Sequence record: Ga0255782_10001211 | Source: a metagenome | DNA: 22,668 bases | Direction: 5' to 3' (one strand) | In this document: positions 22,654 through 22,668 of the stretch, in pieces | Layout of the letters: each line of letters begins with the position of its first letter | Position numbering within the stretch: position 1 is the stretch's first letter | Notes under the pieces: generated by a model | Seen by the model: only the letters and a program-made list of their open reading frames with translations | Database searches by the model: none | Told to the model about the DNA's origin: nothing | Made by a program: the position numbers and the translations under genes

Positions 22654-22668
22654 GTGTGGAAGTGTACG

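Noticed and set aside
1-22668. Searched for prokaryote-style systems: operons, defence genes, CRISPR repeats, integrases or transposases, terminal inverted repeats, rRNA genes.
   Set aside because: None were found. The window is a eukaryotic chromosome segment with independent, mixed-orientation housekeeping genes. The only repeats are microsatellites, codon repeats and the small tRNA-flank duplications.

Overview
This window is eukaryotic nuclear DNA, not a prokaryotic locus. It is GC-rich and very gene-dense: 13 protein-coding genes plus one intron-containing tRNA in 22.7 kb, with spacers of roughly 25-470 nt. Third codon positions are GC-rich, there are many Ser/Asp/Glu/Thr homopolymer tracts, and the few spliceosomal introns sit at the extreme 5' ends of genes. 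From compactness, composition and plant-type protein families I infer a green picoalga of the Mamiellophyceae type (Ostreococcus/Micromonas-like); I cannot name the species from sequence alone. Gene order: tRNA-Pro(CGG) (-), KRI1 (-), squalene epoxidase (+), TRAPPC3/BET3 (-), LETM1-like (+), prolyl-aminopeptidase-like hydrolase (+, 2 exons), small TM-protein ORF (-), DEAD-box helicase (-), RPL35A (+, 2 exons), NDUFAF6 (-), CEP104-like jelly-roll/TOG/TPR protein (-, 2 exons), class-3 lipase (-), orphan protein (-). These are functionally unrelated housekeeping genes. I see no operon-like system, defence island, CRISPR array, transposon or integrase, so I do not claim a novel 'system'. Points worth a second look: (1) three 5' exons and introns that the ORF track cannot show (RPL35A, the aminopeptidase, CEP104-like), all sharing the same splice signals; (2) a CEP104/FAP256-like gene with a kinesin-light-chain-type TPR tail; (3) a 494-aa orphan with a repeated [VL]EL[ER]LG motif; (4) a 66-aa TM-protein ORF that follows a 400-nt ATG-free stretch; (5) decayed partial copies of the tRNA in an AT-rich island; (6) an inverted pair of telobox-like motifs in a bidirectional promoter; (7) very tight or overlapping gene boundaries. 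Several 'M' residues at ORF-track starts are GTG/TTG codons (3544, 9061, 10976, 13870, 18104, 18452, 22327), so I re-derived starts from ATGs.
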